DNA of 64,000 nucleotides from assembly GCF_006345805.1 (NCBI RefSeq), contig NC_043000.1, positions 128,650,001 through 128,714,000 on the forward strand, in the 5' to 3' direction. Shown one piece after another: positions 1 through 13,174 of this stretch. Every line of letters starts with the position of its first letter. The first letter of the stretch is position 1. The position numbers were made by a program, and so were the translations under genes. This DNA is from Octopus sinensis. Its lineage: Eukaryota. The notes under the pieces are model-generated. The model worked only from the letters and a program-made list of their open reading frames with translations. It was not told the DNA's origin and searched no databases.

Positions 1-17
1 TTTATGATTATATCTAG
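1..17 (+). CDS. Candidate 3' end of a host coding exon (FMIIS + AG, phase 2)
   Basis: Followed by donor GTATGT at 18-23. The only open frame ends in phase 2, matching the only open frame of the candidate exon at 2398-2450. Confidence 0.35.
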
Positions 18-393
18 GTATGTTTTTTTTTGTTTGTGTGTATGAATGAATGTAATTTTTATCATAATTCTTCCCAGAGAGAAGGCGCTGGTTTCTGGAA
101 AAGTAATAGGCGTTATTTGTTGAACTTTAGAAAAATCCTGCATACTTTTACCGTTGTACGTGCAAATTGTATCTATGAAGTGTTCGTTAATCGGGTTCTT
201 TCTTTGTCCAAAAATCTTAGCTTTCCAGATTGTATGTATGTATGTATGTATGTATGTGTATGTGCATGTGTATAACGCCTCCTTGTTTCCCAATTCTTTC
301 TTTCTCTTTCCAGATATATCAAACATATATACATACATATTTATATACGTACATATATATTTATTTATGCATATATTCATACATGTGCATTTG

Positions 394-440
<47 letters not shown>

Positions 441-677
441 GTATGTAAGTGCAAATATCTTGATATATAAAAGGAGATATTTATTGTGGGTCACTATTTT
501 GCACCTACGTTGCAAAAGTTTTGCATATGCACACATTTGTTCGCGGAGGAGGTAAAAATTCAGACAACCTTTTTCTGATTTTTTTCTATATTCTTTGAAA
601 ATCTAAGAATGTTGTATACTTATAAGCACTGCAATAGATATTACAAACAATTACTGGTTAGAAAAAGGTGTCATTAG

Positions 678-1510
678 TGTAGCGGTTCTTAATTCAGGGG
701 CAGAGATCCCTTAGAGGTGGAGCGTTGAGAACTCACACGGGGCAACAAATGTGAAAAGGTGCCATGGGGAAACGTTAAGTGTATATAGAGAGGTCAAGAT
801 TTTGGTTTTAGAAATAAATTATTGAATCAGATGCAATGCATACATTTTAAATGCATTTAAAAGAGAAAAAGATAGTCACAATTAGAATATGTGCAGGACA
901 TTACGTTATCATTAAGCAGAATCATACGCCATGATTCGTTAAGATCCAATATAATTTCTAGATACAAGTCCTCACTGTCTTTAATAATTTCTATAAGCAT
1001 TATATATGAATGTTCAAGCAAATATTTAAAAAAAAGGCAAATGCTGGATGAGAAACTAAAAGAAAATATAGAAAATAATTTACTATGCAAAATTCGCTCC
1101 TACTTAATTAGAATTATCCAGAATCTAGAAAGAGAAAACTCTTTTTCTCAGACAATTTTTAAAACTGTAGAAGTAAAATTATATTTAATGCCTTGTGTTT
1201 GTTAGGTAATATTTTTTGTGCATTTTATAAAGCTCAACTTGCATTATCTTGGATGCAACAACTTTAAGTGAATCAACAGTCCTTGACCAATTGGAGACAC
1301 ACATCCTGATGAGTTATACAGTGAATCATCAATTTCACGCAAATGTATAAACTGTACTTTATGTATTCTTTTCTTTTCTACTCTACTGTATAGCACAACT
1401 GTCCTCTTACAATCTGTCAAGGAACTGAAGGCTCAAAGTATGGGAAGGCAATGTGTGATATGAAAGATATCTGGCTGTTATTTCCCGCAAATCAAAAATC
1501 TATATAGAAG
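678..1510 (-). mobile_element. Decayed hAT (Charlie-like) DNA transposon, C-terminal transposase part and terminus
   Basis: Minus strand reads IHCITHQ around 1300-1325 (hAT HCxxH motif), with a TDG-like segment upstream. TAGCGGTTCTTAA at 680 resembles hAT CAGTGGTTC termini. Many stops and frameshifts. Confidence 0.5.
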
Positions 1511-1744
1511 CTTCCTCATTAGCTTGTCTTGGCGTCATTACATCTAATTGTACATTGTTAGAATATTGGTGTTGTTTGTGTATCATTGTCTACATTTGTT
1601 TATTCATTGGATGACAAGTACCCATATCTCTATATTGACATCGGTCACTTAAAAGTAAACAGAAGGAATATCTTCTAAACAATGTTCCTTCCGTTTACTT
1701 TTTTATTGTATGATATTACCCGCCTACGAACCTGGGGCTTCCTG

Positions 1745-2340
1745 TGCAGAATCGTTACAGTTGTTAAGACGCATTCCAGCTTCTTACGCTCAGAGCTCAA
1801 ATACCATCGAGGCAAATTTCTCATTTTTATCTTTTCGGAGTCGATAAAATAAAGTACCAGTGAAGTACTGAGGTTGGTGGTATCGATTTCTCTCCTCTCC
1901 TCAAAACTACTGATGTCTGGAGGGCGTAGGACGAAATGCTTTGTACTATTTAATTATTTCTACGACCTGAGTTCAAATCACAACCAGTTCGGCTTTACTT
2001 TTTATTCGCAAAGTCAATAAATAATGGAACTGTCAAGTACTGGAGTTCGTAAACAATTACCGTTCCTCTTTTAATAAAATTAAGACCGTGTACCTTAGTA
2101 TGAAATCCTTATTAAATATGCCCTAAAAGCGATGAACTTGGAGAATTGTAATTAAATACAGTAAGGTATTTAGTTAGGATTATTTACGTTTTGGGTTCAA
2201 ACTCTACCGAGGTTAACTTTGCCCAGTATTCTTCCGGATGTCGATAAAATAAAATCGCAGTCATGTACTCTAGGTCGATATAATTGACTGATTAATTTCT
2301 CGTTAATTTCTGACCTTGTACTTATATAAGAAATCATTAT
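1745..2340 (+). mobile_element. Three degenerate tandem copies of SINE family 1
   Basis: Each copy has a B-box-like GAGTTCAAAT followed by variants of CTTTCATCCTTTCGGGGTCGATAAAATAAGTACC. Confidence 0.7.
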
Positions 2341-2397
2341 TATAGATGTCTTTTTTGTGTGATGTCTCCAACTGTCTTACAAATCTTCTTTCTTTAG

Positions 2398-2450
2398 GTA
2401 TGTTGTTGATCTGGTGAATATCGAACCTCGGACGATACGTTCTGTATTTG
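2398..2450 (+). CDS. Candidate 53-nt internal coding exon (YVVDLVNIEPRTIRSVF), product unidentified
   Basis: Acceptor TCTTCTTTCTTTAG and donor GTAAGC. Only the phase-2 frame is open. Joined to 1-17 it gives FMIISRYVVDLVNIEPRTIRSVF. Confidence 0.5.
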
Positions 2451-3123
2451 GTAAGCAGAAATTCTTCCTTGTTTCACAAGCCATTAAATTTCTGATTTAT
2501 CATTAAGAATAGCCGGAGTGTTAAAATTAAAAATTTGGCCTGTTTGTATTCTGGTTTCGAATCTTATGGAAACAGAAATAGTTTGCTGTTTGTTGCAGTT
2601 TTGCTAAGAGAAGACTCAGATTGTTTGACGGTTCCCTCCATTATCTGGGTAGATAAAATGGTTTGTATTTAGCTGTTTTTTTAACTCTTTACATTTTTGG
2701 TGTACTCATTTGCAGTATTTGCAAATACTGAAGAGAATATTGAAGAGAAGATGGGGTTCAAATCTATATAATATCTAATTGATAAACTAATGATACAGAC
2801 CATGTCATTGTTCTAAAAAATGCTACGAAGTTCAACTGCCAAAAAAGCACAGAAGTCTTCTCGCTTTGACCAACTCTGAAGATGCTCCGGGGCACATTCC
2901 AAAGTGTCAGGCCTCAGTACTCGGGGCAGAAAGTGATTGAAGTCGTGCGGGTGTCTTAAGCTACTTAGGTAGCAATTTTTCAGTCCTTCTTAAGAGAACT
3001 ACCCTTAATTCTAACCTGTCTTAATATGCTGTATTACGGTTTGCCTTGACCTTATACAGATAGTATATGCGCCTTGTCTAATAAAAGAAAAGAACATTGT
3101 CCTCATTTTCGTCGTCGTCGTCG

Positions 3124-3170
<47 letters not shown>

Positions 3171-3544
3171 ATCATCATCATCATCATCGTCATCGTCATC
3201 ATCATCATCATCATCATTTATGGTTTGAGAAATACATCTAGAATTTATTTCTTCTTCAAAAGAATTATGAATCTCTTCGAAAGAACGTATAAAAACGTTC
3301 ATCGTTAACAAATGTTCTTTACAAATGACTTGTATTGCAATTTCCTAGAACGTACCTGTCTCTCTATTAATATTTGTACAGAAGTGATTGTGTATCATTC
3401 CAGGCGTTCCAAACACAGATGGGATATCACCTAGTAGCTTGTACCACACGTTTGCTAATTGTTTTAGGTGCTTATATGTAGGCGTGAACAGACATCAACA
3501 TCATCATAAAGGATATGATAGCTGGAAGGGGAGAAGAGAGCTGC

Positions 3545-3690
3545 ACTAGCATTCGGCTGGTACTCATTTACAGCTGAGTAGAGCGGAACAACGTGAAGTG
3601 CTTTTTTCCTGGAAACAACATACCACACGATCTAGGAATCGAACCCACAAATTTATGATTGTGAATCTATCAACCTAAAGGTTAGACTAC
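3545..3690 (-). mobile_element. SINE family 3 copy
   Basis: Reverse complement of the tRNA-headed element at 38095-38215, sharing CAGCTGTAAATGAGTACC and a B box. Confidence 0.6.
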
Positions 3691-3959
3691 ATTCATCAAT
3701 TGCTATTATTCGAAGATAAATCGGTGTTATTCTTTAGTCTTCGTGTCTTTTCTGCACAATATGTTAGTTATGTATATAGTCTATATTTGAATGTAGTTTA
3801 CACTACTAATTAACGTAACAACTAATATCATAGCTTGCATGAAGTAATATATGTATGCATATGATATGGCACATATCAATGGGTATTGCTAAGTAAATAA
3901 TTAATTATATGCTATTGTCATTTCTGTCTTAGAAAATAATATCAGGATTATTGTATTAT

Positions 3960-4793
3960 CTGGTGGTTTGTATGTCAGCTAAAGTTTCATAGTATTCTCA
4001 CACGGATATTTTCTAAGATTCATATGAGTACCACAGTTTTTCGTCGAATGAATTAACGTGGGGTAACCAGGCTTATATAGAACAGCTTTTCTACATTATC
4101 ATGTCTTCAAGAATATTTTATGGGAGCTAGTATGGAACATCTTGATAAATTGAGGTGTAGTGTGGCAGTTTTCATCGGGAATGTTCCATTCAAATATTTT
4201 GTGGTGATGCTTCTTATATCACGGACACTGTACTCTTCTCTCTTGCTCCGTTCAGGCTTGATTTGTTCACTCATCAAGATATTTAATTATATTTGGGGCA
4301 TTCAGTTCGCAAAATTATTGTCTGTGCAAAGGCGCAAATTTTTGGTTGCTCATCATGGTTGGCTTATGCGCTACTTTGTAAAACAGGCAACAGTTCCGCT
4401 GTTGCTTTAATTTTAGAACTTGGGAACAAAAAATCAAATACAATTTCGTGGGAAAATTCTCTGGCTCCTCTGATATTCGAATTTCTACATTTTACCTTAT
4501 TGTGTGGTTAATAAACTGAGCAGTGGCGCTCCTTTGGGGAAGTTGTGAGCTCACAGAAACAGCAAATGTCAAACGAGTGCTGGGGCACGCAGCGTGTTTA
4601 GCAGGGTCAAGGTTTTTCTCGGAAATAAAGATTTAAACCTTCTCAATAATTATATTTGAAACACATAGTAAAAGAAATCTTTATCAAGATCAAAATATTT
4701 CTTTTCTTTTCACAAAACACGCAGAGGAGGGCGTTTGTAAAACGCTATTCAGTAAAAAGGGAGCGGTGAGCTATAAAAGTTGGTGAACCACTG
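3960..4793 (-). mobile_element. Decayed hAT (Charlie-like) transposon, 5' terminus and N-terminal transposase part
   Basis: Terminus CAGTGGTTCACCAACTTTT on the minus strand starting at 4793. Minus frames give YKVAHK..., DENCHTTPQFIKMF and ILEDM, resembling the hAT SYKVA, LDESTD..AQL and ED.LFC segments. Coverage overlaps the 678-1510 relic, so it is probably a separate copy. Confidence 0.45.
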
Positions 4794-5291
4794 TAGCAGG
4801 CCTTCTTTTGAGTTGGAGAAGTTGTATGCAACATTAATGTCTTCATACACTTCTCAATGACACTCATTAATCCCTTCTGACCTTTTATTCTTGGGATGTA
4901 TGATCATTGATGGAAGAGGAGGAGTGCCAAATACAGCAGAAGAACACAGAAAAAATGTACTACTTAATTTTTGTTGCTTAAATTGCCTTTTTATCTTCTC
5001 TTTTTCTCGATGTTATAAGAAATAATTTTACGAATATTGATACTTCTCAGCGAAGTAGATGGATTTTTCATATCGTTTGGTGTAAAAAGCATTGTGCAGT
5101 ACACAGTTTTTGTTGTCAAGATTCCAAGTATTACACTATACAGAAACGCGTGGGCGCGTGGGTATATTTGCGTGTATACATATACTTTTATAAGCAAAGT
5201 TTAGGTTAGTTAAAATATGTTTGTGACACATTTCAACTGCTAAAAGGCAACTTATTGCAGTTACCGTAGAGAAATTTTCTCTTATGGTAAA

Positions 5292-5737
5292 AAGGTGTAA
5301 AAACAACATAACTGTTGTGTGTCGCCATCTATCAGGATTCCCAAACATCGATGTTTATAGCTCCTTAGCCGTCATCAATGGGAAATACTTAAGAGAGGCA
5401 ACTCTGGAGAGACCTTATTAAAGCTATAGCTTTAACTAAAATACAGTCAACGACATTGACTGATTTGCGGCAGTAGGCCGTCAGATCGTGGAAATTACAG
5501 TAATATTAGCACCAAGCAGTGTTTAGGCATAAGCAAAATTTAGGCTAGTTAAAATATGTCTGTGACATGATTGAACTGTTGACTGTATTTTAGTTAAAGC
5601 TACAGCTCTAAAAAGGTCTGTTAAGAGTTGCCTCTTTTTGGTATTTCACATTCATAACGAATAAGGAGCTAGAAACCTCGATATCTGGGAATCCTGATAG
5701 GTGGCAACACTGGACAGGTATGTTGTTTTTATACCTT
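5292..5737. repeat. Fold-back element (arms ~5292-5451 and ~5578-5737), each arm with a decayed type I hammerhead motif
   Basis: Arms are inverted copies. Minus arm: TCCCA-TTGATGA-CGGC-TAAGGA-GCTA-TAAAC-ATCGAT-GTT-TGGGA (5383-5339). Plus arm: TCACA-TTCATAA-CGAA-TAAGGA-GCTA-GAAAC-CTCGAT-ATC-TGGGA (5646-5690). Confidence 0.7.
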
Positions 5738-6540
5738 GCAGATGCAACAGAATATGCACGTATGTATGTATGTATGTATGTATGTATGTATGTATGTATG
5801 TATGTATGTATGTATGTATGTATGTATGTATGTATGGATGTATGTATGTATATAAGGAGAGAGGGGAAGAAAAGGAGAGGGAGATAGACAGATAGATAGA
5901 TAGAGATAGAGAGAATGAGAGAAAGAAAGAGAGAAAGAGAAAGAAAAGAAAATGATAATACTGCTTTTGAAATGTTTGAGTGATTCATTGAACGCCGCAA
6001 TGGAGGGTTAAGAAATTTAGTCTTATCCAAGACTGGACCAAATTCCTCTGCAATTCTCCATTAACAGGTAATTTTTAAAGCATTGTATTTATTCAAATGG
6101 TCACACACACACACACAAACACAAACACACACACCACACACACATACACACACACACACATTGAGTTTCCGTCTACCAAATCCACTCACAAGGTTTCGGT
6201 CGGCCCATGCCATATAGTGGGACTGAGTCCGGAACCATATGGTTGGGAAGAGGACTTCTAACCACACAACCATGCCCTATTATTGTTCGTGTTGGTTATT
6301 CCCTTGTGTAATGATGTTATGATAATATATCGTATAAACCAAACGAAATATATGTGATAATATATTTATTACATGTATAAAATCTAGGTGGTGCTATTTA
6401 ATTAGACATGGCCTGCACCAACTTCGGCCGAAACTTATCTCAGTAATCTACGTAATCTAATATTCTATGATTATATAAAATATAATATACATCATATACT
6501 TATATATAATAGTATATTAATAATATGTAGTATTATTCTT

Positions 6541-6885
6541 TTATTTGTTTCAGTCATTTGACTGCGTCCATGCTGGAGAACCGCCTTTAGTCGAACAAAT
6601 CGACTTCAGGACATATTCTTTGTAAGCCTAGTACTTATTCTACCGGTCACTTTTGTCGAACCGCTAAGTTACGGGGACATGAAAACACCAACATCGGTTG
6701 TCAAGTGACGGTGGGGGGACAAATACACACACATATTTGACGGGCTTCTTTCACTTTCTGTATACTAAATCCACTCACAAGGCTTTAGTCGGGCCGAAGC
6801 TATAATTGAAGACACTTGCCCAAAGTGCCATGCAAAAGGACTGAACCTTGAACCATGTGGTTGGGAAGCAAGCTACTTACCACCC
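6541..6885 (-). mobile_element. SINE family 2, near full length
   Basis: tRNA-like head (B-box-like GGTTCAAG on the minus strand), body GGGCAAGTGTCTTC...GAAGCCCGTC and tail CAGTCAAATGACTGAAACAA. Partial copies near 6160-6275, 12880-13045, 32985-33160, 40515-40700, 42640-42745, 43585-43710 and 61235-61435. Confidence 0.8.
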
Positions 6886-6918
6886 CCGCATCATATATAT
6901 AATGCATAATAATATATT

Positions 6919-7126
6919 GGTTTCAAATTTTGGCTTAAGGTTAGCAAGTTCTGTGTAGGGTAAGTCGATTACTCCACTCTCGTGCTCAGCTGGTACTTAT
7001 TTTATTGACCCCGAAAAGATGAAAGGTAAAGTCAACATCAGTGGATTTTGAATTCTGAACGTAAAGACGGACGAATACAGTTAAGCATTTTGGCCACCGT
7101 GCTAATTATTCTGCCAGTTTGCTGTC
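6919..7126 (-). mobile_element. SINE family 1 copy
   Basis: Reverse complement of the 63408-63617 consensus-like copy. Confidence 0.75.
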
Positions 7127-7297
7127 TTAATACGTGAAAATATATTAATAATATATATCAATATAGTAATTGGCAAATACGAAAAGGCTAAACCTCTGTA
7201 AGAGATCTGATAGGACAGAAACAGGCCCAGTGATGTCACCTGTGCATGACAACTAAAATTGATCTAATTTTTCCGTCTCTGCATTAGATAAGGATTA

Positions 7298-7341
<44 letters not shown>

Positions 7342-7400
7342 TATACATATATATATATGTGTATATATATATGTATGTATATATGTATAAATATGTATAC

Positions 7401-7431
<31 letters not shown>

Positions 7432-7942
7432 ATATATTATATATATATATATAATATATATATATATACATATATATTATCTCACTAGGTTAAGTATGAC
7501 GGAACTTCCTTGACTGCTAAAGCTGTCAAAATCACTCAAGATGCTCGACCTCATTATTATGTTCTCCATTGGAGGGCGATCTCATATACATCTCTCATAG
7601 AGATCTCCTCTAGAACAGCCTTGTAAGACTAAGTGGCAATCTCTCATACCAAGAACTGCACCCTAAACACTGGCATTCCTCTGCAAATATTCAACGTATC
7701 TTTTCACTTGAGTAACATGTAGACGGTGTTATAATGAGAATCTAGGTAGAGACAGTGAAGAACCTCCCTTCCTCTCTTCGTCTTTGCATCACCCACACTG
7801 CAGACACACGCATATGCATATGTATTTGCACTTAGGCTGGAAGTTATATATATATATATTTATATATATAGGGAGCGTGAAAAGAAAGAAAGAGGGCAAG
7901 GTTGAGACAGGTAGATAATTAGATACACAGCTGCGATATATA

Positions 7943-7987
<45 letters not shown>

Positions 7988-8337
7988 TACATACATATGC
8001 AGTCACATGTTTCTGTGTGTGTACGTGCGTGTGAGCATGTGTATACTTGATAGGGGCACATGAACCAAGATAGTACATTCTTAGTGCAACTAACGGAGGT
8101 ATTTAACCGCTGAGTGTGCACAATGGCTTCCCAGATTGTCGGTGCTATGAATTTATGTTTATACGAATTAGACAGGAAGAATTAATACAAAGATACTACT
8201 ACAAGTGCATACATACACCACACACACATACACACACACCCAAATACCCCACACATACACCCTACACATACACACATTTGATCTTATATATATATATATA
8301 TATTATATATATATATTATATATTACGTGGTTGTGCA

Positions 8338-8392
<55 letters not shown>

Positions 8393-8419
8393 GTATCTAT
8401 CTATCTATATATCTATCTG

Positions 8420-8464
<45 letters not shown>

Positions 8465-9604
8465 ACATACATACATACATACATACATACATACATACAT
8501 ACATACAAACATATATACATACATAATACATAAAACATATACATACATATATACATACATACATACATACATACATATACTTATATATGTGTTTGTACGC
8601 ATATATCCAAAGAGAGTGGGAGAGAGGGAAGGAGACACGCAGAAATAGAGGGAGGGAGGAGAGAGAGAGAGAGAGAGGGCAGGCTGGAAAGATGAAAATG
8701 CGAGAATAGGTTAGAGATTATAACATGCACAGGTAGAAAGTTGAAAGTTTGTTTGTGTAATTTATGCATGCTCACAAATATTGATATATATATATACGAG
8801 CTATTTGCAAATAGATTTGGGTATATCTATACAAAATATATGTAGTTTTAAACCAATGCCGGAATCTCTACGTAGACGCGTGAAATGTTAGAAATTGCTG
8901 TCATATGTTCCCTGCAATCACAGTTGAACGTCTTAAAAGAGGATAGGATGAATAGAGGTATATAGTCCTAGATACCCCTAAAAATGCAGAATAGCCATGT
9001 TTAGGACCTCTTTGATCATAGAGTGTAGTTTAGGAGAAATTTAGCGGCTATCTTGCAGGTCTAGTGTCCGTGTAGAGGTAGCCGGAGTTCAGTCATGCAA
9101 ACATCGGAACTAGATACCCGCTTATGTTCAATAGTTCAATAGGCATCAGTTTCGTCGCAAACATACATACATGTACTCACACACGTACTTATTTATATAT
9201 GAATACAATGTATACACACACACACATGTATATATAATGGGCTTTCTTTCTCTCTCTCTCTCTCTCTCTCTCTCACGTACATGGAAACTTGTAAATACAC
9301 ATCCATTTCACATCCATATGCATGTACACAGCTGTACATACTTGCACCCATTCTTTTACGCATGCACAGGCATGCAGAAACATACACAGACATACGTACA
9401 CATACGCATAAGTGTGCATGTACACATATACAAGCTATATTCAACTAGTCACACCAATTCACAGGTATCCGTTGCATAAAAACATTAAAACTACATATAA
9501 AACATACACATAGAAAATGCATGTTAAAAAGTATTCTCGATAGAGGAGAGTAAGTTCATGCATCAAGGGGCCCGAATATGAACTGGGATTTGGACAGAGA
9601 GAGG

Positions 9605-9686
<82 letters not shown>

Positions 9687-10194
9687 AAGAAGTAGAAAGA
9701 GTGTGACAGAGAGAAAGAGAACAAGTGCGAGAAAGAAAAGCATATATAAAGTGTAGAAGTTACGAAAATTGTAAGAATAAGTAAATTCTGAGACAATGGG
9801 AGAAGATAACAAAAGAATGGTTGGACTGAGGGAAGGGGAATGAAGCAGTGAAAATGAAAAGTGAAAGGAAAATGAGAGAAAAGTGATGAAGACGATTTGT
9901 ATTTATATAATGACATTTAATAAATACATGTTTTGGTTTATTGATGTCATAGGTGATGCGCATAACTAGTTGTGCATACACGTCTGTTTGCATACATGTG
10001 CAGACAGATTTGAGGCTCAGCCGTCACTTGCAGGTGAGAGTGACGTAATTACTTGTAATGCACTTTCGCTAATTGTGTTAGGGTGTCTATGCCTACTGAC
10101 GACAGAATATTGTCGTCAATAGACATAGACACCTTCTCGAAATTCTCACCCTTGACACCTGCATATTATCAAGAATGTGACAGGTGGAAAGAAA

Positions 10195-10372
10195 TAGAGC
10201 TGCACCAACAGTCGGCTGGTATTCGTTTTCAGCTGAATTGGTTTGAGCAACATGAAACGATGTGTCTTGCATAAAAAAGCCCAACTCCCCGCCCGTTTAA
10301 GACTCGAACCATAATTTTATGACCGTGAGCCGAATAACCTAGCCATTAGGCCACGTGACTTTATTCCTCAGA
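10195..10372 (-). mobile_element. SINE family 3 copy
   Basis: The minus strand has a tRNA-like A box and B box (GGTTCGAGTC), plus the same central segment as 38095-38215. Confidence 0.6.
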
Positions 10373-11348
10373 TTCATGTACAGCAACCACGCGCGTGCGC
10401 ACACCCACCCACCCACTCACCCAACATAACACAACATATGTATACGTAGGCATGCGCGTGTGTGAACACATACAGATACATGGTCATATAATGATAATAG
10501 CACACTTAGGGATTATACATAAAGTGGTTTCATATCTAGAACTAAAATCATGACGAAATGTCAAGACATTCACTTGGGGCGGGTTGTGTTTGCTCATTTG
10601 ACGATTCTTCGAATGTTACTTCAGGATATGAAACTTCAAGTTACAATGTGTGATCACAAAGAGTATTACAGTCGTGAAAAAGTAGAGGTATTCAAATTAG
10701 ACTATCCTCTAACGTGCTATCTGAATTACTGACTGCTTTACAGAGACGCTGACCGCTGCTAATGATTGCGGAAAGAAGCCAAGTACGTCTTCTCCGAGGA
10801 ACGATCAACAAATTGTGAAATAGCCTGTTAAGAGACTTCCTCATATTAATAGAAAGAGAGAAAGAAAAAGAAGGAGAGAGAGAGAGAGGAGGAGAGAGAA
10901 AGAGAGAATGAGAGAGATAGAAGGAAAGAGAGATTATATAATGAAGACGAATTACCTAAAGTAATTTGCAGGGTGGAAGGTGTTTGTAAGCCATTTAAGA
11001 AACACACAAAAGCCGTTCGATTCACTTCAACATTTAAGTTTAATTTGTCTGAATATTTTCGTCGCTTTAAGACCGCGATCTGTTCACTGACAAAAATCCG
11101 TGCTGCATCTAAAGTAATTTGAATAATGTAAACGGAAAAGAGCTAAGAGAAATAACTCAATAACACTCCCACCAACAACAATGACATGAACAATACCATC
11201 AAAGAGAAATTGTTGATTTATTGAAATCATTTCCACGCGTAGAGAAGGTAATCTCAAGAATAAAGACTTCTCTAAAATAGATACAGTAATAAGAAAAAGA
11301 CATGAGGACCGTTGTGGACATATTGCATAGTCATTCATTTATACTAAC

Positions 11349-11820
11349 TACACATATACATAAAATAAAAAAAAGTGTGGAGTATATGGTATAACGTTTA
11401 TTCCATGGTTTACAATTGTTTCAACAACTTGAAGTGCCCAATAACACATCATGTCTATAGACAATGATGACAACAACGTTTTAGACACACATTTATGTAA
11501 TATTTATTACATAATACCGGCGACAGTTGTTTTTTTAGAACCGATTGAATAAAGTAATATAGGGAATCATTTAGTTACTTATCTAAGCGACCAACCAAAT
11601 AATTTTTGTACTATTTTATTCAATCGCTTCTGAAGAGACAACCGTCGCTGCAGTAATGTAATATGTATTACATTATAATGCGTGACTAAATCGTCGTTAC
11701 CATCAATTCTGTGGACATGATGTATAATTGGTCACTTCAAGTTGTTGAAACAATTGTAAACTATGGAATAAACGTGATACCATAAATTCCATTCTTCACT
11801 TATTTTATTTATAATCTACA
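11349..11820. mobile_element. Fold-back/MITE-like element with inverted arms of ~200 bp
   Basis: ATGGTATAACGTTTATTCCATGGTTTACAATTGTTTCAACAACTTGAAGTG (from 11386) recurs in reverse complement ending near 11783. Similarity continues almost to the centre. Confidence 0.85.
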
Positions 11821-12031
11821 ACAAAATTAAACCTTAGGGATTTTCTGTTTGTTCGAAACCGGAGTTTCCACAGCAGAAATTTTCCTTTATACAGCTTCAG
11901 ATAGCTACCGGTAGTTTAGTGTTTCTTGTGTTTTGTATATATATATATACATATATATATATAATATGTCACAGTAGTCTCTCAGGTTTTCCAATATAAA
12001 ACAAGCTTGTATGGTACCTTAATACGCATTA

Positions 12032-12088
<57 letters not shown>

Positions 12089-12454
12089 TGTGCGTATGTG
12101 TATGTATGTGTGTGATTGTGTGGGCGCAATGTGTATGTTTGTGTATGATTGTGTGACAGATGCATTGATATACGTATTGTTACACCCACACACACATACA
12201 CTCACGCTCAAGCGCAACACACACATGCACACACACACACATACGCACGCGCACACACACACACACACTCTCTCTCCCTCATACACCCTCTCCTCTCTCT
12301 CGCTGTCTTTCTCTTTCTTCCTCTCTCTCTCTCTCTCTCTCAAGATATACTCATATCGAATTACATAAACAGCGTTGCATAGTTTTACTGAGTACATATA
12401 CTAAACAGTAAGGGCATTGTTCAATGCTGTACAGCAACAGCAACAACAACAACA

Positions 12455-12517
<63 letters not shown>

Positions 12518-13039
12518 GTTGCTGCTGCAGCTGCTTCTCCCACCACCACCACCACCACTACCTGCTGCTGTTTTTATGATAACCGTCTGAGTCGACGACG
12601 GGGCCGTTAGTTTTTGAACTTGCTGGAAGGAGTAGCCAAATCAACATCAACTTCTGCACTCTACAGTTATGCATATATGTAGTGGTCACTGCTATACAAA
12701 AAGATGTGACGATCACGGCTGAAATGCTTTTCATCATATGACTGCGAGGTAATTTTCTGTAAATCAGCGTTTTCAGCTAAGCTAACAAGACTTGTCGGAA
12801 CAATAGTAAGCCAATTTGATATTACTATCCAAATATTTCTTTTTTTTTTTTAATTTATAGGTAAGTAATCTTCTGTAGAATGTCAACAGACATAGCTGCG
12901 AGGTTACGAAGCTTGCTTTGCAACCACGTAGTTTTGGGTTAATTCTACTGCACGGCACCTTGGGCAAGTGTCGTCTACGATATCCCGGGCCGACCAAACT
13001 TTGTGAATAAATTTGGACGGAAACTGTGTAAAAGCTCGT

Positions 13040-13116
<77 letters not shown>

Positions 13117-13174
13117 TTGTGTGTGTGTATGCATGTAGGTAGATAGGTAGGTAGGTAGGTAGATGCTACCTACC

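Noticed and set aside
2876-2945. CTGAAGA-long stem-GAAAG hammerhead-like string
   Set aside because: Stem II pairs, but stem III has a G-G mismatch, stem I does not form, and there is no second copy.
678-4793. One full-length hAT element spanning both relics
   Set aside because: No matching TSD (CATTAGTG vs TAGCAGGC), the two transposase pieces overlap in coverage, and a candidate host exon lies between them.
5594-5717. Apparent exon with AG and GTATGT boundaries
   Set aside because: It lies inside one arm of an inverted repeat, and all frames from the acceptor contain stops.
10004-10033. 30-nt open micro-exon candidate before CAG|GTGAGA
   Set aside because: Weak polypyrimidine tract and too short to distinguish from chance without transcripts.
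11626-11665. CTGAAGA-GAC-AACC-GTC in the 11.3-11.8 kb fold-back as a hammerhead
   Set aside because: Both arms read GC(C/T)G instead of GAAA after stem II, and stem I does not pair.
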